NCBI GenBank assembly: GCA_937998345.1
Contig: CALLDH010000114.1
Span: 1 to 43,642 of the forward strand
Length of the DNA: 43,642 nt
DNA from: an uncultured bacterium
GTDB lineage: Bacteria; Myxococcota_A; Polyangia; Polyangiales; Houyiibacteriaceae
Reading direction: 5' to 3'
How positions within the stretch are numbered: position 1 is the stretch's first letter; every line of letters begins with the position of its first letter. A program made the position numbers and the translations under genes. Below, piece after piece: positions 9,032 to 19,200 of this stretch. Under the pieces are notes generated by a model, which was given only the letters and a program-made list of their open reading frames with translations, searched no databases and was not told where the DNA came from.

Positions 9032-10114
9032 TCACGACTTGTTCTCCTCGTCGATCGCACGCGACCCGTCCACACATTGCGCCTGCTGTTCGCGCAGGTG
9101 CCACGGCTGCTCTGCGTACACGTCGGTGAACAGGTCGCCGAGCGCAGGCGGAGGCTTCTCTTCCGCGCGCCGTACGCACTCTTTGACCTCCGCATTGCAG
9201 ACTGCACGCCAATCGCCGTCGAGCTCGTCGTTCCACATGTCGCGCTGCTCGATGTGTTTTCGCAGCCGCAACAAGGGGTCTGCCTTCCGCCAGGAGTCGG
9301 TCTCTTCTTGGCTCCGATAGACTCGCGGATCGTCCGAGGTCGAATGGCCGCCAACCCGATAGGTCATCAACTCGATGAAGGTCGGCCCGCCCCCGCTGGT
9401 AGCCCGCTGCAGCCCGTCTCGCACGGCCCGCCAAACCGCCAGGACGTCGTTCCCGTCGACTCGAGCCGCCGGGACCCCGTAGGCCGCCCCCTTCTCTGCC
9501 ATGGTTCGCGTAGCGGTTTGCTGCTCCGTGGGAAGGCTGATCGCGTAGCCGTTGTTTCGACACAGGAACAGCACGGGCGCCCGATACACGCCCGCAAAGT
9601 TCATCGCCGCGTGGAAGTCGTTCGAGCTCGTCGCTCCGTCACCAAAGAACACGCCGGCGCACTCATCGAGTCCGCGCGCCTTCGACGCCATCGCAATGCC
9701 CACCGCGTGCGGGATCTGAGTACCGATCGGCGCACTCACCGCGAGGTAGCGATGCTCACGGCTGACGGTGTGGTCCGGCATCTGGCGGCCGTGCAAGGGG
9801 TCACCCCCATTGCCGTACATGTGGTCGATGTACCGCTGGAGCGGGTAACCACGCCAGAGGAGTGCGCCCACCTCGCGGTAGCAGGGAACGATCCAGTCTC
9901 GGTCGCGGAGCGCCGCCGCCGCGCCGATGATGGCAGCCTCTTCTCCGAGGGAGCCGACGTGAAAGGCGATGCGGCCCTGGCGCTGAATCCTCTCGAGGCG
10001 ATCGTCGACGATGCGGGTTCGGACCATCGCTTTGTAGAGCGCGACGACCTGGTCGATCGACAGGCCAGGGTCGAAGTTCGGATCGAGGCTTCCGTCGTCT
10101 CGTATGACGTGCAT
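9032..10114 (-). CDS. 2-oxoacid dehydrogenase E1 alpha subunit (TPP-dependent)
   Basis: TPP motif GDGATSSNDFHAAMNFA...NN, and YRVGGHSTSDD. The ATG at 10112-10114 (MHVIRDDG) is preferred; the ORF track start at 10126 is a TTG. Confidence 0.9.
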   Translation of the reverse strand: MHVIRDDGSLDPNFDPGLSIDQVVALYKAMVRTRIVDDRLERIQRQGRIAFHVGSLGEEAAIIGAAAALRDRDWIVPCYREVGALLWRGYPLQRYIDHMYGNGGDPLHGRQMPDHTVSREHRYLAVSAPIGTQIPHAVGIAMASKARGLDECAGVFFGDGATSSNDFHAAMNFAGVYRAPVLFLCRNNGYAISLPTEQQTATRTMAEKGAAYGVPAARVDGNDVLAVWRAVRDGLQRATSGGGPTFIELMTYRVGGHSTSDDPRVYRSQEETDSWRKADPLLRLRKHIEQRDMWNDELDGDWRAVCNAEVKECVRRAEEKPPPALGDLFTDVYAEQPWHLREQQAQCVDGSRAIDEENKS

Positions 10115-10122
10115 GTTCCCGC

Positions 10123-11076
10123 TCAACCGAGCACTGTGAGTTTCTTCTTCCCATAGCGATCCATCATGGGAACCTCGCCCGCATTTGCCTGCTCGGCGAG
10201 CTCGCCCTTGAGGAAAACCTCCGCCGCGCGGTAGCTCGACCGAACGAGCGGCCCTGACGCAACGAAGCGAAAACCCATCTCGATGCCCGCCTGCTCGTAG
10301 TCCGCGAACTCAGCGGGCTCTACGTAGCGATCGACGGCAGCGTGGCGCTTGGTGGGCCGTAGGTACTGACCGATCGTCAGCACGTCGACCTCGGCGTCCC
10401 GCAGGAGCTGCATCGCGTCGAGCACCTCGTGGCGCTCTTCGCCGAGACCGACCATCAGCGACGACTTGGTGATGGAAGAGCCGAGTTCCTTGGCGGCCAC
10501 CAAGACGCCAACCGAACGGTCCCAGGAACAGCGTGCATCGCGAATCGAACGCTGCAAGCGCGGCACGACCTCGACATTGTGCGCGAAGACGTCGGGGCGC
10601 CCTTCTCGGACGACCGTTCGAACGTCATCGTGTTGCCCCCGAAAGTCGCCAACCAGCGTCTCGACGCGAAGCGCGGGGCTGTGGTGCTGGATGCGTCGAA
10701 CCGTCTTCGCGACATGGGCAGCGCCGCCGTCGCCCAGGTCGTCTCGATCGACCATGGTCAGAACGACGTACGCGAGCCCCATCTCAGCAAGCGACAGGGC
10801 TGTGTTCTCGGGCTCGTCGTGATCGAGCACGCCGCCCGGCTTCCCGGTGCGGACCGAGCAAAATCGGCAGCCCCGGGTACAGGTTTCTCCGAGGATCATC
10901 ACCGTCGCCGTGCCCTTGCCCCAGCATTCGAAGATGTTGGGACAGCGAGCCTCTTCACACACCGTGTGCAGGCCGCGGCCCCGGAATCGGGCCTTCACAT
11001 CCTGAAATTCATCGTGCTCCGACCCTGCGGGGAGCCGCACACGAAGCCAGTCAGGTTTGCGAGCCGGTAAGGTCAT
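10123..11076 (-). CDS. lipA: lipoyl synthase
   Basis: CEEARCPNIFEC auxiliary cluster motif and radical-SAM CTRGCRFCSV. The ATG at 11074-11076 (MTLPARKPDWLRV) is preceded by GGAG; the ORF-track start at 11133 is a TTG. Confidence 0.93.
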   Translation of the reverse strand: MTLPARKPDWLRVRLPAGSEHDEFQDVKARFRGRGLHTVCEEARCPNIFECWGKGTATVMILGETCTRGCRFCSVRTGKPGGVLDHDEPENTALSLAEMGLAYVVLTMVDRDDLGDGGAAHVAKTVRRIQHHSPALRVETLVGDFRGQHDDVRTVVREGRPDVFAHNVEVVPRLQRSIRDARCSWDRSVGVLVAAKELGSSITKSSLMVGLGEERHEVLDAMQLLRDAEVDVLTIGQYLRPTKRHAAVDRYVEPAEFADYEQAGIEMGFRFVASGPLVRSSYRAAEVFLKGELAEQANAGEVPMMDRYGKKKLTVLG

Positions 11077-11175
11077 CCGTTGCTCCGGTGAGTCCCAAGC
11101 CAAGCTCTTAGGGGGCGGCACTCCCCCTGTCAATCACGTCTAACACTACGAATTGTGACGGTTTCCTCCACTTCG

Positions 11176-11187
11176 CGCAATATTGCG
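11176..11187. promoter_or_regulatory. Perfect 12-bp palindrome CGCAATATTGCG (candidate TetR operator or promoter element), with a second imperfect copy at 11205-11219
   Basis: GCGCAATATT occurs at 11175-11184 and 11205-11214, exactly 30 bp apart. Both lie in the 220-bp lipA/TetR divergent intergenic region, 80-120 bp upstream of the TetR start. Confidence 0.4.
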
Positions 11188-11296
11188 AAATCCAGGCCAA
11201 TACGGCGCAATATTTTCGCAAAAGCCACTTTACCTGGCGCATGCGTGCCCCATAATGGGTCATCGCAGCGGCTCATTTCCCGTGTAGGAGCACTCG

Positions 11297-11914
11297 ATGG
11301 ATGACGAAAGACGACCCAGGCGCGCTGGCCCCGTTGAACGGCCAGGCGCCTTTGGTGGCAAGCGAGACATCAACCGGCGCAAGCGCGTCCAGGATTTGAT
11401 CGATGCAGGGCTTTCGCTCTTTCTCGAGAGAGGGATCGAGGCGGTCACGATCGACGAAGTCGCTCGTGAAGCTGGGATGGCGAAAGGCAACTTCTACCGC
11501 TATTTCCGCGACAAAGCAGATCTCGTAGAGGCGGTCATCGAACCGGTAGCCAGTACAACCCGGGAAGCGGTTCAGGCATGCGACGCCCGACTGCGCGAAG
11601 CGGACGGTCGTGACGACGCAGTCGCCGCATACGGAGAGCTGGGCAATAGGCTCATCGGCGCCCTCGCCATGCACCCCGACGCGATGTGCCTCTATCTGCA
11701 GGAGCGCCGCGCCCCGGCGACCACGGCCCGCCAGGCGATTTCGGACCTGGCGACCGACCTGGATGATCGTGCCATGGCGCTGAGTCAGGTCGCGGCGGAT
11801 CGTCAGCTCGTGGCGATCTCCGACCCGCGAGTGAGCGCGATCGCCGTTCTCGGCGCCGTGGAGGCACTTGCGCTGGCCTCGGTGCGCAACCAAGTGCAAA
11901 TGGATCCCATCTAA
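11297..11914 (+). CDS. TetR/AcrR family transcriptional regulator
   Basis: N-terminal HTH VTIDEVAREAGMAKGNFYRYFRDKADLVEAVI, followed by a helical C-terminal ligand domain. Confidence 0.85.
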   Translation: MDDERRPRRAGPVERPGAFGGKRDINRRKRVQDLIDAGLSLFLERGIEAVTIDEVAREAGMAKGNFYRYFRDKADLVEAVIEPVASTTREAVQACDARLREADGRDDAVAAYGELGNRLIGALAMHPDAMCLYLQERRAPATTARQAISDLATDLDDRAMALSQVAADRQLVAISDPRVSAIAVLGAVEALALASVRNQVQMDPI

Positions 11915-12052
11915 ACCACCAAGAGCCTCATCTCCATCGTGCTGGAAGGGCTCCAGAAATAGCCTCCTGATCGACCAGCCGAATGGGGTCCTAAACACCT
12001 GTCCAGCGCGAAACTACCGCTCCGGCGGCTTCTTCTTCACAATTAGGCGGAT

Positions 12053-13411
12053 ATGGCGGGGAAGCTGATGGTGACCGCGGTGTCGTTCGTCTGGTTGGTT
12101 TGGTTGCTCTTGGCGACACTACCGGGCGGCGCTCGGGCGGCGAGCGGGTCCGCCCAAAGCGGCAGCGCGGGCGAGCTCGGTACCGTCGTGTTGCTCGTCG
12201 TCGTGATCGGCGTCGCGTACGTCCTCGCGCACAACGTGGTGGAACGACTGCAGCGCCGCTTCCTCGTCGTGAGCGGGGCGGAGTATCTATTGCTAGGGTT
12301 TCTGCTCGGCCCGGCGTTCCCTGCGATTCACGCGCTCGACAATGTCACTGGCCTCCTGCCGATCATCGCGCTCGCTGCCGGATGGGTCGGACTGTTGCGT
12401 GGTACCGACTTTGATTTCGCCAGTCTACAGAAGCTCGACCCCGCGACCTGGCGGGTCGTGTTCCTGCATCACTTTCTCCCGGGTGTCGGGGTCGGCGTCG
12501 GCTCGTACTACTTCTTCACCCAGACCGGCTGGGTCCTCACCTCTCCACGGGAGGCCGCGCTGAGCGCCTCAGCGCTCGCCTGCTTCGCGGCGGCCGATTC
12601 GGCCGAGCCGTTCGACCTCTTGGCAAGGCGCTATGAAGTGAGTGGCCGCCTCGCGCCGCTGTTGCGCAACGGAACGCGACTCGGCGACATCGGCGTCATC
12701 CTCGCATTCGGCCTGATCTTCTGTGTGTTCCACGAGAACGCCCCCGAAGCGCAGGACTACTCGCCGGCGCTTTGGGCCTGGGTCACGGTCTTGCTCGGTG
12801 GCGCGCTCGGGTTCTTGTTCTCCCTCTTCCTAGCGGGTGACGAGTCGGATAACTCCCGTTTCCTCGCACTGGTCGGCATCATCGCCTTCGCATCGGGCGG
12901 GGCGTATTTCCTAGAGCTCTCACCGCTCGCGGTAAACCTTTCGATGGGATTCGTGCTGGTGAACTTTGCACGAGGTGGCCAGCTCCTGCACACGACACTC
13001 GAGTCGACGGAACGCCCGATGGCTATCGTCCTGCTCATCTTCGCCGGCGCGATGTGGGAGCGCACCGAGCTCGTGCCGACCTTGCTCGCATTGGGCGGAT
13101 TTCTGGTTCTTCGCACTGGGGCCAAGTGGCTCGCGAGTGTCATCGCTGGCTGGGGCACCAGTCTTCGCAAGGACTTGTTCCGCGGGTTGTTGGCACACGG
13201 CGACGTCACGCTCGCGATGGCAGTCTCCTTCCGACTCGTCTACGACGGGGAAGCGGCGAAGATCGCGTACTCGGTCGTTCTGGGCTCCGTGATTTTGAAC
13301 GACCTGATGGCGCCCCGATTGCTGAGAGGTTTGCTCGTCGACGAGGGAGAGATCCAGCGCGAGCTCAAGGGGTCCGATTCCGAAACATCGGCCGAGGTAA
13401 CTATCAGATGA
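12053..13411 (+). CDS. CPA2-like cation/proton antiporter membrane protein (no RCK domain)
   Basis: 452 aa and polytopic. LVVSGAEYLLLGFLLGP...LLPIIALAAGWVGLLRGTDFD resembles the Na+/H+ exchanger family TM1-3 signature. Its stop overlaps the trkA start (ATGA at 13408-13411). Confidence 0.65.
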   Translation: MAGKLMVTAVSFVWLVWLLLATLPGGARAASGSAQSGSAGELGTVVLLVVVIGVAYVLAHNVVERLQRRFLVVSGAEYLLLGFLLGPAFPAIHALDNVTGLLPIIALAAGWVGLLRGTDFDFASLQKLDPATWRVVFLHHFLPGVGVGVGSYYFFTQTGWVLTSPREAALSASALACFAAADSAEPFDLLARRYEVSGRLAPLLRNGTRLGDIGVILAFGLIFCVFHENAPEAQDYSPALWAWVTVLLGGALGFLFSLFLAGDESDNSRFLALVGIIAFASGGAYFLELSPLAVNLSMGFVLVNFARGGQLLHTTLESTERPMAIVLLIFAGAMWERTELVPTLLALGGFLVLRTGAKWLASVIAGWGTSLRKDLFRGLLAHGDVTLAMAVSFRLVYDGEAAKIAYSVVLGSVILNDLMAPRLLRGLLVDEGEIQRELKGSDSETSAEVTIR

Positions 13412-14748
13412 ACATCGTCGTCATAGGTTTGGGCGAAGTCGGGCGCCACTTGTTGAGCGTCCTGGCCAAAGAGGGACACGACATCGTCGCCGTCGACTCG
13501 AGCTCGAAGGCGGTGCAGTACGCCGAGGAGCACTACGACGTCGCATCGATCGTCGGATACGGCGCGAGCGAAACACTGCTGAAGGTCGCGGGCGTGGGGC
13601 GCGCGGACTTGGTGGTCGCCGTCACGGACCACGATGAGATGAATCTGATCGCGACCCTCGCTGCCAAGCAGCTGGGGGCGAAACACGTGGTGGCTCGCGT
13701 ACAGGGCACGGCCTGGTCCGAGTGGACCGAGGGCATTCGCTACGGGCTGCTCGGGGTCGACGTCGTGATCAACCCCCGCGTGCTCGTCGCGCAGGAGCTC
13801 AGCCGCATCGCCCGATCTTACGGCGCATCGGACGTCGTCGACCTAGCGCAGGATCGGGTAGAGCTCGTGCAGATCGACCTCGACGAATCGCGGGCCCTCA
13901 ACAAGCCTCTGTCCGCGGTCGAGTTACCCCCGCACACCCTGGTGAGCGCGGTCGTCCGAGACGGAGAGCTGTTCGTTCCCGGTGGCGCAGACGTCTTGGT
14001 CAAGGGTGACCGGATCTACCTCATCGGCCGCCCCGAGGGTGTTCTCGCGGCGGAGCGGCTCTTCAGCAAGGAACGCGAGGCACGCCGGGTCTGTATCGTC
14101 GGCGGTGGCGTCGTTGGCAAAGCTCTCGCGCGTGACCTACTGCAGCTGGGGGCGACCGTCATGATGATCGAAAGCGACCTCACGACAGCCGAGGAGGTCA
14201 GTGCCGAGTTTCAGGGAATCGAAGTCGTCCACGGGGACGGCACCGATGGCGCCCTTCTCGAAGAGGAAGAGGTGGGAACGTACGACCTCTTTGCCGCAGT
14301 CACGAGACAGGACGAGATCAACCTGATGGCGGCGCTGCTCGCACAGCGCGCGGGCTGCAAGCGAACTGCAACGATCGTACAGCGCGCCGATTACACGTCG
14401 ATTTATCGCCAGCTCGGCATCGACATCGTTCTCTCTCCGCGCACCGTGGCATCAGACCAAATCCTACGCTTCTCCAGAGGTGGGGGCCTGCACAGCCTGA
14501 CGGTGCTCGAAGACGGTCAGGCGGAGGTCGTCGAGCTCACCGCGAGCCCGAAGTGCCGCGCCGTCAACAAGCCTCTGCACCGGATGAACTTGCCGCGCGG
14601 CTCCCTCCTTGCGGCGATCGTGCACGGCGACGACGTGATCATTCCGCACGGCAAGGACGTCGTGCACCCGGGCGACCGGGTCATCCTAATGACCACCAAG
14701 GAAGCGCGGGCGACCGTCGAACGGCTCTTTCGACCGAGGGGTGAGTGA
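13408..14748 (+). CDS. trkA: Trk-system K+ uptake protein TrkA (tandem RCK/KTN domains)
   Basis: Two Rossmann motifs, VVIGLGEVGRHL and IVGGGVVGKAL, each followed by a TrkA_C-like segment. The ORF 13054..14748 begins inside the previous gene; the ATG at 13408 is the sensible start. Confidence 0.9.
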   Translation: MNIVVIGLGEVGRHLLSVLAKEGHDIVAVDSSSKAVQYAEEHYDVASIVGYGASETLLKVAGVGRADLVVAVTDHDEMNLIATLAAKQLGAKHVVARVQGTAWSEWTEGIRYGLLGVDVVINPRVLVAQELSRIARSYGASDVVDLAQDRVELVQIDLDESRALNKPLSAVELPPHTLVSAVVRDGELFVPGGADVLVKGDRIYLIGRPEGVLAAERLFSKEREARRVCIVGGGVVGKALARDLLQLGATVMMIESDLTTAEEVSAEFQGIEVVHGDGTDGALLEEEEVGTYDLFAAVTRQDEINLMAALLAQRAGCKRTATIVQRADYTSIYRQLGIDIVLSPRTVASDQILRFSRGGGLHSLTVLEDGQAEVVELTASPKCRAVNKPLHRMNLPRGSLLAAIVHGDDVIIPHGKDVVHPGDRVILMTTKEARATVERLFRPRGE

Positions 14749-16235
14749 GCACGCAATCGAGAGACTTTCGTGGCGTGATTCGACCCGTGGGCGCCGTCGT
14801 CCTCGGGATCGGCGTGATGATCGCGCTCTGCGCTGGCGTCGGGATGCTCTGGGATCAGTTCGCGCCCGACCCGACTCGGCCCCAGGGTGGCGCCGCCGAA
14901 CTGGCCTTGTCCGCCATCATCGTTTCGATCTTAGGCTTGGGGGCATTCCTCTACGGCAATCGCTTCGTGTCAGAGCGCATCTCCCGCCGCGAGGCCCTGC
15001 TGGCCGTGAGCCTAATTTGGATTGCCGCGGGCGCCTGCGGAGCGGTGCCGTTCATGCTCGGGGCCGGCATGTCTGCCGCTGACGCATTCTTCGAATCGGT
15101 CAGCGGTCTCACAACCACCGGCGCGACGGTCATCGACGACATCGAGGGGCGCTTGTCGCGGCCGCTGTTGCTTTGGCGCTCGCTGATTCAGTGGCTTGGC
15201 GGGATGGGCATCGTCGTGCTGTTCGTCGCGGTCTTTCCGAACTTGGGTGCCGGAGGAAAGCATTTGTTCCGCGGCGAGGTGCCCGGAACGACCGCCGAAG
15301 GCTTGCGACCTCGAATTGCCGAGACCTCGTTCGCCCTATGGAGGCTGTACGGCGCCTTCACCATCCTCGAGATCGCGCTCCTCAAGGTCCTAGGCCTCGA
15401 TCTATTTGACGCCGTGTGCCACGCGTTCACGACCATGTCGACGGGCGGTTTCTCGACGCTCGACAGCTCGGTGGGCGGTTTCGACAGTGCCCCAGTCGAG
15501 TACGTGATCGCTTGCTTCATGCTGATCGGCAGCGTGAACTACGGCCTCTACTACGGCCTCCTGCGGTCGGGCAGCTGGAAGACTCTGGTTCGAAACGTCG
15601 AGTTCCGATCGTACGTCGGCATCGTGGTCGTCGCAGTGGTCGTGCTGACGGTCCTGAACCTCAGCGTGCACGACGACATCCTGACCTCGTTCCGCTACTC
15701 CTTCTTCATGGTTGCGACGACGATCTCATCGACCGGATATGGCACGGACGACTACAGCGTCTATAGCTCGACGGCGCTAACCATCGTGATCCTCCTGATG
15801 TTCGTCGGCGGTTGCTCCGGATCGACTGCAGGCGGCATCAAGATCGAGAGAGCCGTGCTGATGGGTAAGCAAGCCATCGCACAAATTCAGAAGAGCTTCC
15901 GGCCCGCAACGGTGCAGCTCGTACGCATGGGCAAGGTCGCGATCAATAACCAAGTGCTCGCCGACGTTGGGTCGTTCTTCTTGATCTACATGGGGTGCAT
16001 CGGCGCCGGCCTACTCTTCGTGACGCTGGTCGAGGGCGTTCCGGTGCCCACGGCCTTCGGAACGATGCTGACGTGCTTGTCCAACATGGGCCCTGCACCC
16101 TTCCACGTGGGGCCGGACAACTTTTCTGCGTATTCCGCGGGCAGCAAGTTGTTCTTCTCGATGGCCATGCTGCTTGGACGACTGGAGTTCTTCACGCTCT
16201 TCGCGCTGGTTCTACCTGGGTTCTGGAGACGCTGA
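14745..16235 (+). CDS. trkH: Trk-system K+ uptake protein TrkH
   Basis: Pore-loop-like motifs TTTGATV, MSTGGFST, SSTGYGT and the hallmark GGCSGSTAGGIK. The GTG start overlaps the trkA stop (GTGA). Confidence 0.9.
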   Translation: MSTQSRDFRGVIRPVGAVVLGIGVMIALCAGVGMLWDQFAPDPTRPQGGAAELALSAIIVSILGLGAFLYGNRFVSERISRREALLAVSLIWIAAGACGAVPFMLGAGMSAADAFFESVSGLTTTGATVIDDIEGRLSRPLLLWRSLIQWLGGMGIVVLFVAVFPNLGAGGKHLFRGEVPGTTAEGLRPRIAETSFALWRLYGAFTILEIALLKVLGLDLFDAVCHAFTTMSTGGFSTLDSSVGGFDSAPVEYVIACFMLIGSVNYGLYYGLLRSGSWKTLVRNVEFRSYVGIVVVAVVVLTVLNLSVHDDILTSFRYSFFMVATTISSTGYGTDDYSVYSSTALTIVILLMFVGGCSGSTAGGIKIERAVLMGKQAIAQIQKSFRPATVQLVRMGKVAINNQVLADVGSFFLIYMGCIGAGLLFVTLVEGVPVPTAFGTMLTCLSNMGPAPFHVGPDNFSAYSAGSKLFFSMAMLLGRLEFFTLFALVLPGFWRR

Positions 16236-19200
16236 TGGTCGGCTCGTACAGCATGCCTCCTCCCGGCGAGGAGACCCACGCACGGCGACAAATCACCGTC
16301 ATCATCCTGCTCCTGTTCGGCATGGTGGCGCTCTATCAGTTCGAGCAGTTCGCCCAAGATGGTTTCGACCCGAGCGGAATGCTGGCCTTCGGCTTCGTGG
16401 TTTTGGCCAGCTACACGATCGGCGGACTCGTAGCCCAGATTCGTCTGCCCCACATCACGGGCTACCTGATCGCCGGCCTCGTGTTTGGCCCCTCGCTGGC
16501 AGTTGCTCTCACCGGCCTCGATCTCCCGGCGCCTTTTGACAGAGGCATTCTCAACGCAGAAGTGATCGAGCAGCTCAGCCTGTTCGACACGCTCGCGGTT
16601 GCTCTGATCGCACTGACTGCGGGTGGCGAGCTCAAGCTCCAAGCGCTCAAGAAGGGGATGCGCGCGATCAGCTCGATCCTGGCGGCGCAGATCGTTTCCG
16701 TCGGGGTACTGGTCACCGCGTTCTTCTGGCTAATCTCTGGCGCGGTCCCGTATGTCGGCTTCCCGGGCGTCGAGGGCCTGCCTATGGTCGCGGCGTTGGC
16801 GGTCGGCGCGATGGTCGCCTCGGTGTCGCTAGCCACCTCTCCCGCTGCGACGATCGCCGTCATCATGGAGTCGCGGGCCACAGGCCCGATGACGAGAAAC
16901 GTGCTGTCGGTCGTCGTCCTCAAGGACGTCGTCGTCCTCGTGCTCTTCGCGATCGCGCAGGTCGTGGTTGCACAGCAAATCGGCGTGAGTGCGATGGAGG
17001 GCGGCATCGCCGCCTACCTGATGAAGCACATCGTCTTTTCGATCATCTTCGGCGCGGTGGTCGTGGGCGGCCTGATGGCGCTCTACATTCGGTACGTCAA
17101 TCAGGAGCTCCTGATCTTCGTCGTCGGCGTCGTGTACCTGGTCGCTTTCATCGCTGCAGAGCTCGGTTGGGACCCTGTGCTGGTCTTTCTCGCCGCCGGC
17201 TTCGGCGTTACCAATTTCTCCAAGACTGGCCACCGGCTGATCGAAACTGTCGAACGGCTGTCACTGCCCGTCTACGTGGTCTTTTTTACGCTCGCCGGCG
17301 CAAAGCTCCATCTCGAACAGCTCCAACAAGTCGCGTTGTTCGCGATCGCCCTGGTAGGCGTTCGAGCGTTCGCGATCTACTCCGGAACCAAGTTGGGCTC
17401 CCGGTTGGGCAAAGCCGACGAAGCGACGCAGGCCTTCGGATGGACGGGTTTCGTTTCCCAGGCGGGTGTCTCGATCCTCCTCGCCGCGATGGTCGGGAAC
17501 ACGTTCGGAGAGCTCGGACAGTCGCTCGAAACCTTGATCATCGGCGGTGTCGCAATCAACGAGCTGATTGGGCCGGTGCTGTTCAAGATGGGTCTTACGC
17601 TCTCGGGCGAGGCAAGCACGGGTCGTGCATCGCTCACTCCGGCGAGGCACTTGTCGGTGAAACCTCCCTCGATGAGACCCGAGGGCGGGAAGGGCGAAGC
17701 GAAACAGCTCGAGCCCTGGCCTGAGCACGTCGGGAAGAAGGATCTTTGGGGTGCTCCATTTCATACGAAGAGTGCCGAGCTCAACAATCGCATGCAGGAG
17801 CTCGCTGGTGACCTTCAGAGCATCGTGCGCGAGGTATCGACCGGGCCGCTTCGTGAGTTCCAGCTCGACGCAGGCAAGTACTTGCGCGACTTGCGGCGCG
17901 AGTTCCTGCGTCATCATCGGCGACTGACGGTCCAGGCCCGCGCAGAGGACGGCGGGGAACGCGACGAGCTGGTGACCATGCTTCGCTCTGCGCAATCCGA
18001 TTTGGCGGCCCACTGGCGCGGGATCGTCCTCGGGCGATCGGTGACGCTTGCCAAACTGAACTGGACTCCCGAGATCATGCTGGACAACGTCGATGGCTTG
18101 GTCGACGAGCTGCCCGAGGTCGTCACGGCTCCCTACGAGGACCAATCCTACGATCGCAACGAAGACGACTCGCTCTGGAAACGGTTCCGGCGCCAAGGCC
18201 TTCGTCTACGCCGAGGCTGGCGCAAGGCCTTCGGGCAAAGCCCTCCGACGCGCGATGTTCGGTTGCGTGCTCTTGGACGCTACCATCTCTCGTATGACGC
18301 GCCCGCGCGGCTCGAGGGCTTGGCGGCCCTTTTCGTCGAAGCTGACCGGCACCTCGCGGCTCGCACGCGAAGCCTCTTCGACGGGGTGATCGTGGGCTAC
18401 GACGACATCGTGGACATCGCCGCCGAGTCCGACGCTGACCTCGAAGCCCAACTGGTCCGCCTGCGTCACGACGTCGAGGAGGAACTCGCGCTCGCGCTCG
18501 ACGAGACCGTCCGAATCACCGGCGACGGCACTCATCGCGCCGCCAGCGCGCTCGGCACTGGCTTCGTCAAGATGAAGGAAGACCTCCCGACTTTCGGGAC
18601 CCTCGATTTGCCCACGAGCGAGCGCCGGACGAGCCGCCGCTTCGCGAACCGGATGCGCGCGATGGAGACGCTCACCAAGGACGTATCGAACCTTCGAAAG
18701 GCAAGCTCGGCGGAGTATTCCTCACTTGCAATGGAGCTCGAGCTGCTCGGCCTCGAAGCGCGCATCAAGGACAACGTGGCCGAGTATGTTTCGCGACTGA
18801 CCAGTACTGTGAAGCGCCGCGCGACCTCCCAGGTCGAGCGTGTGAGCGACACGCTTCAGAAGGCACTGACTGAGCTGAACGCCGAGCTCGAAAGCAACTA
18901 CTCGGGCGATGAGCTGGCGGCGGCGCTGCGACGGGCTACGGAGGCGACCAGCAAAGCCACGGGCGAGGCCGCACGTGTCACTATGGAGCTGTACCAAGAC
19001 CTGAGCGACGATACGAAGATCGCGCCTCTGCTCGACACCTTGGTGGACGCGTGCCGCGGCCTCACCCCACGCTACAGGGTGACGGTTGGCCAGCGTCAGA
19101 CCGGCGAATGGCGCCTGCCGACGTCCCTGCCGGAGGTGGAGGTGCCCTTCAGAGAAGTGGTGCTGACTTACATCGACAGCCGGGTCGCGCCGAAGCTGCT

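Noticed and set aside
9027-9563. Extension of the E1 beta ORF (8061..9563) into the E1 alpha gene
   Set aside because: The extension overlaps the 3' part of E1 alpha in another frame and is Arg-rich nonsense. The conserved E1 beta N-terminus begins at MNLVQAIR.
15995-16234. Upstream 80 codons of ORF 15995..20749, which would make the giant protein 1,584 aa
   Set aside because: This part overlaps the 3' end of trkH in another frame and has no features. The ATG at 16235 gives the same TGATG stop/start coupling seen at the next junction.
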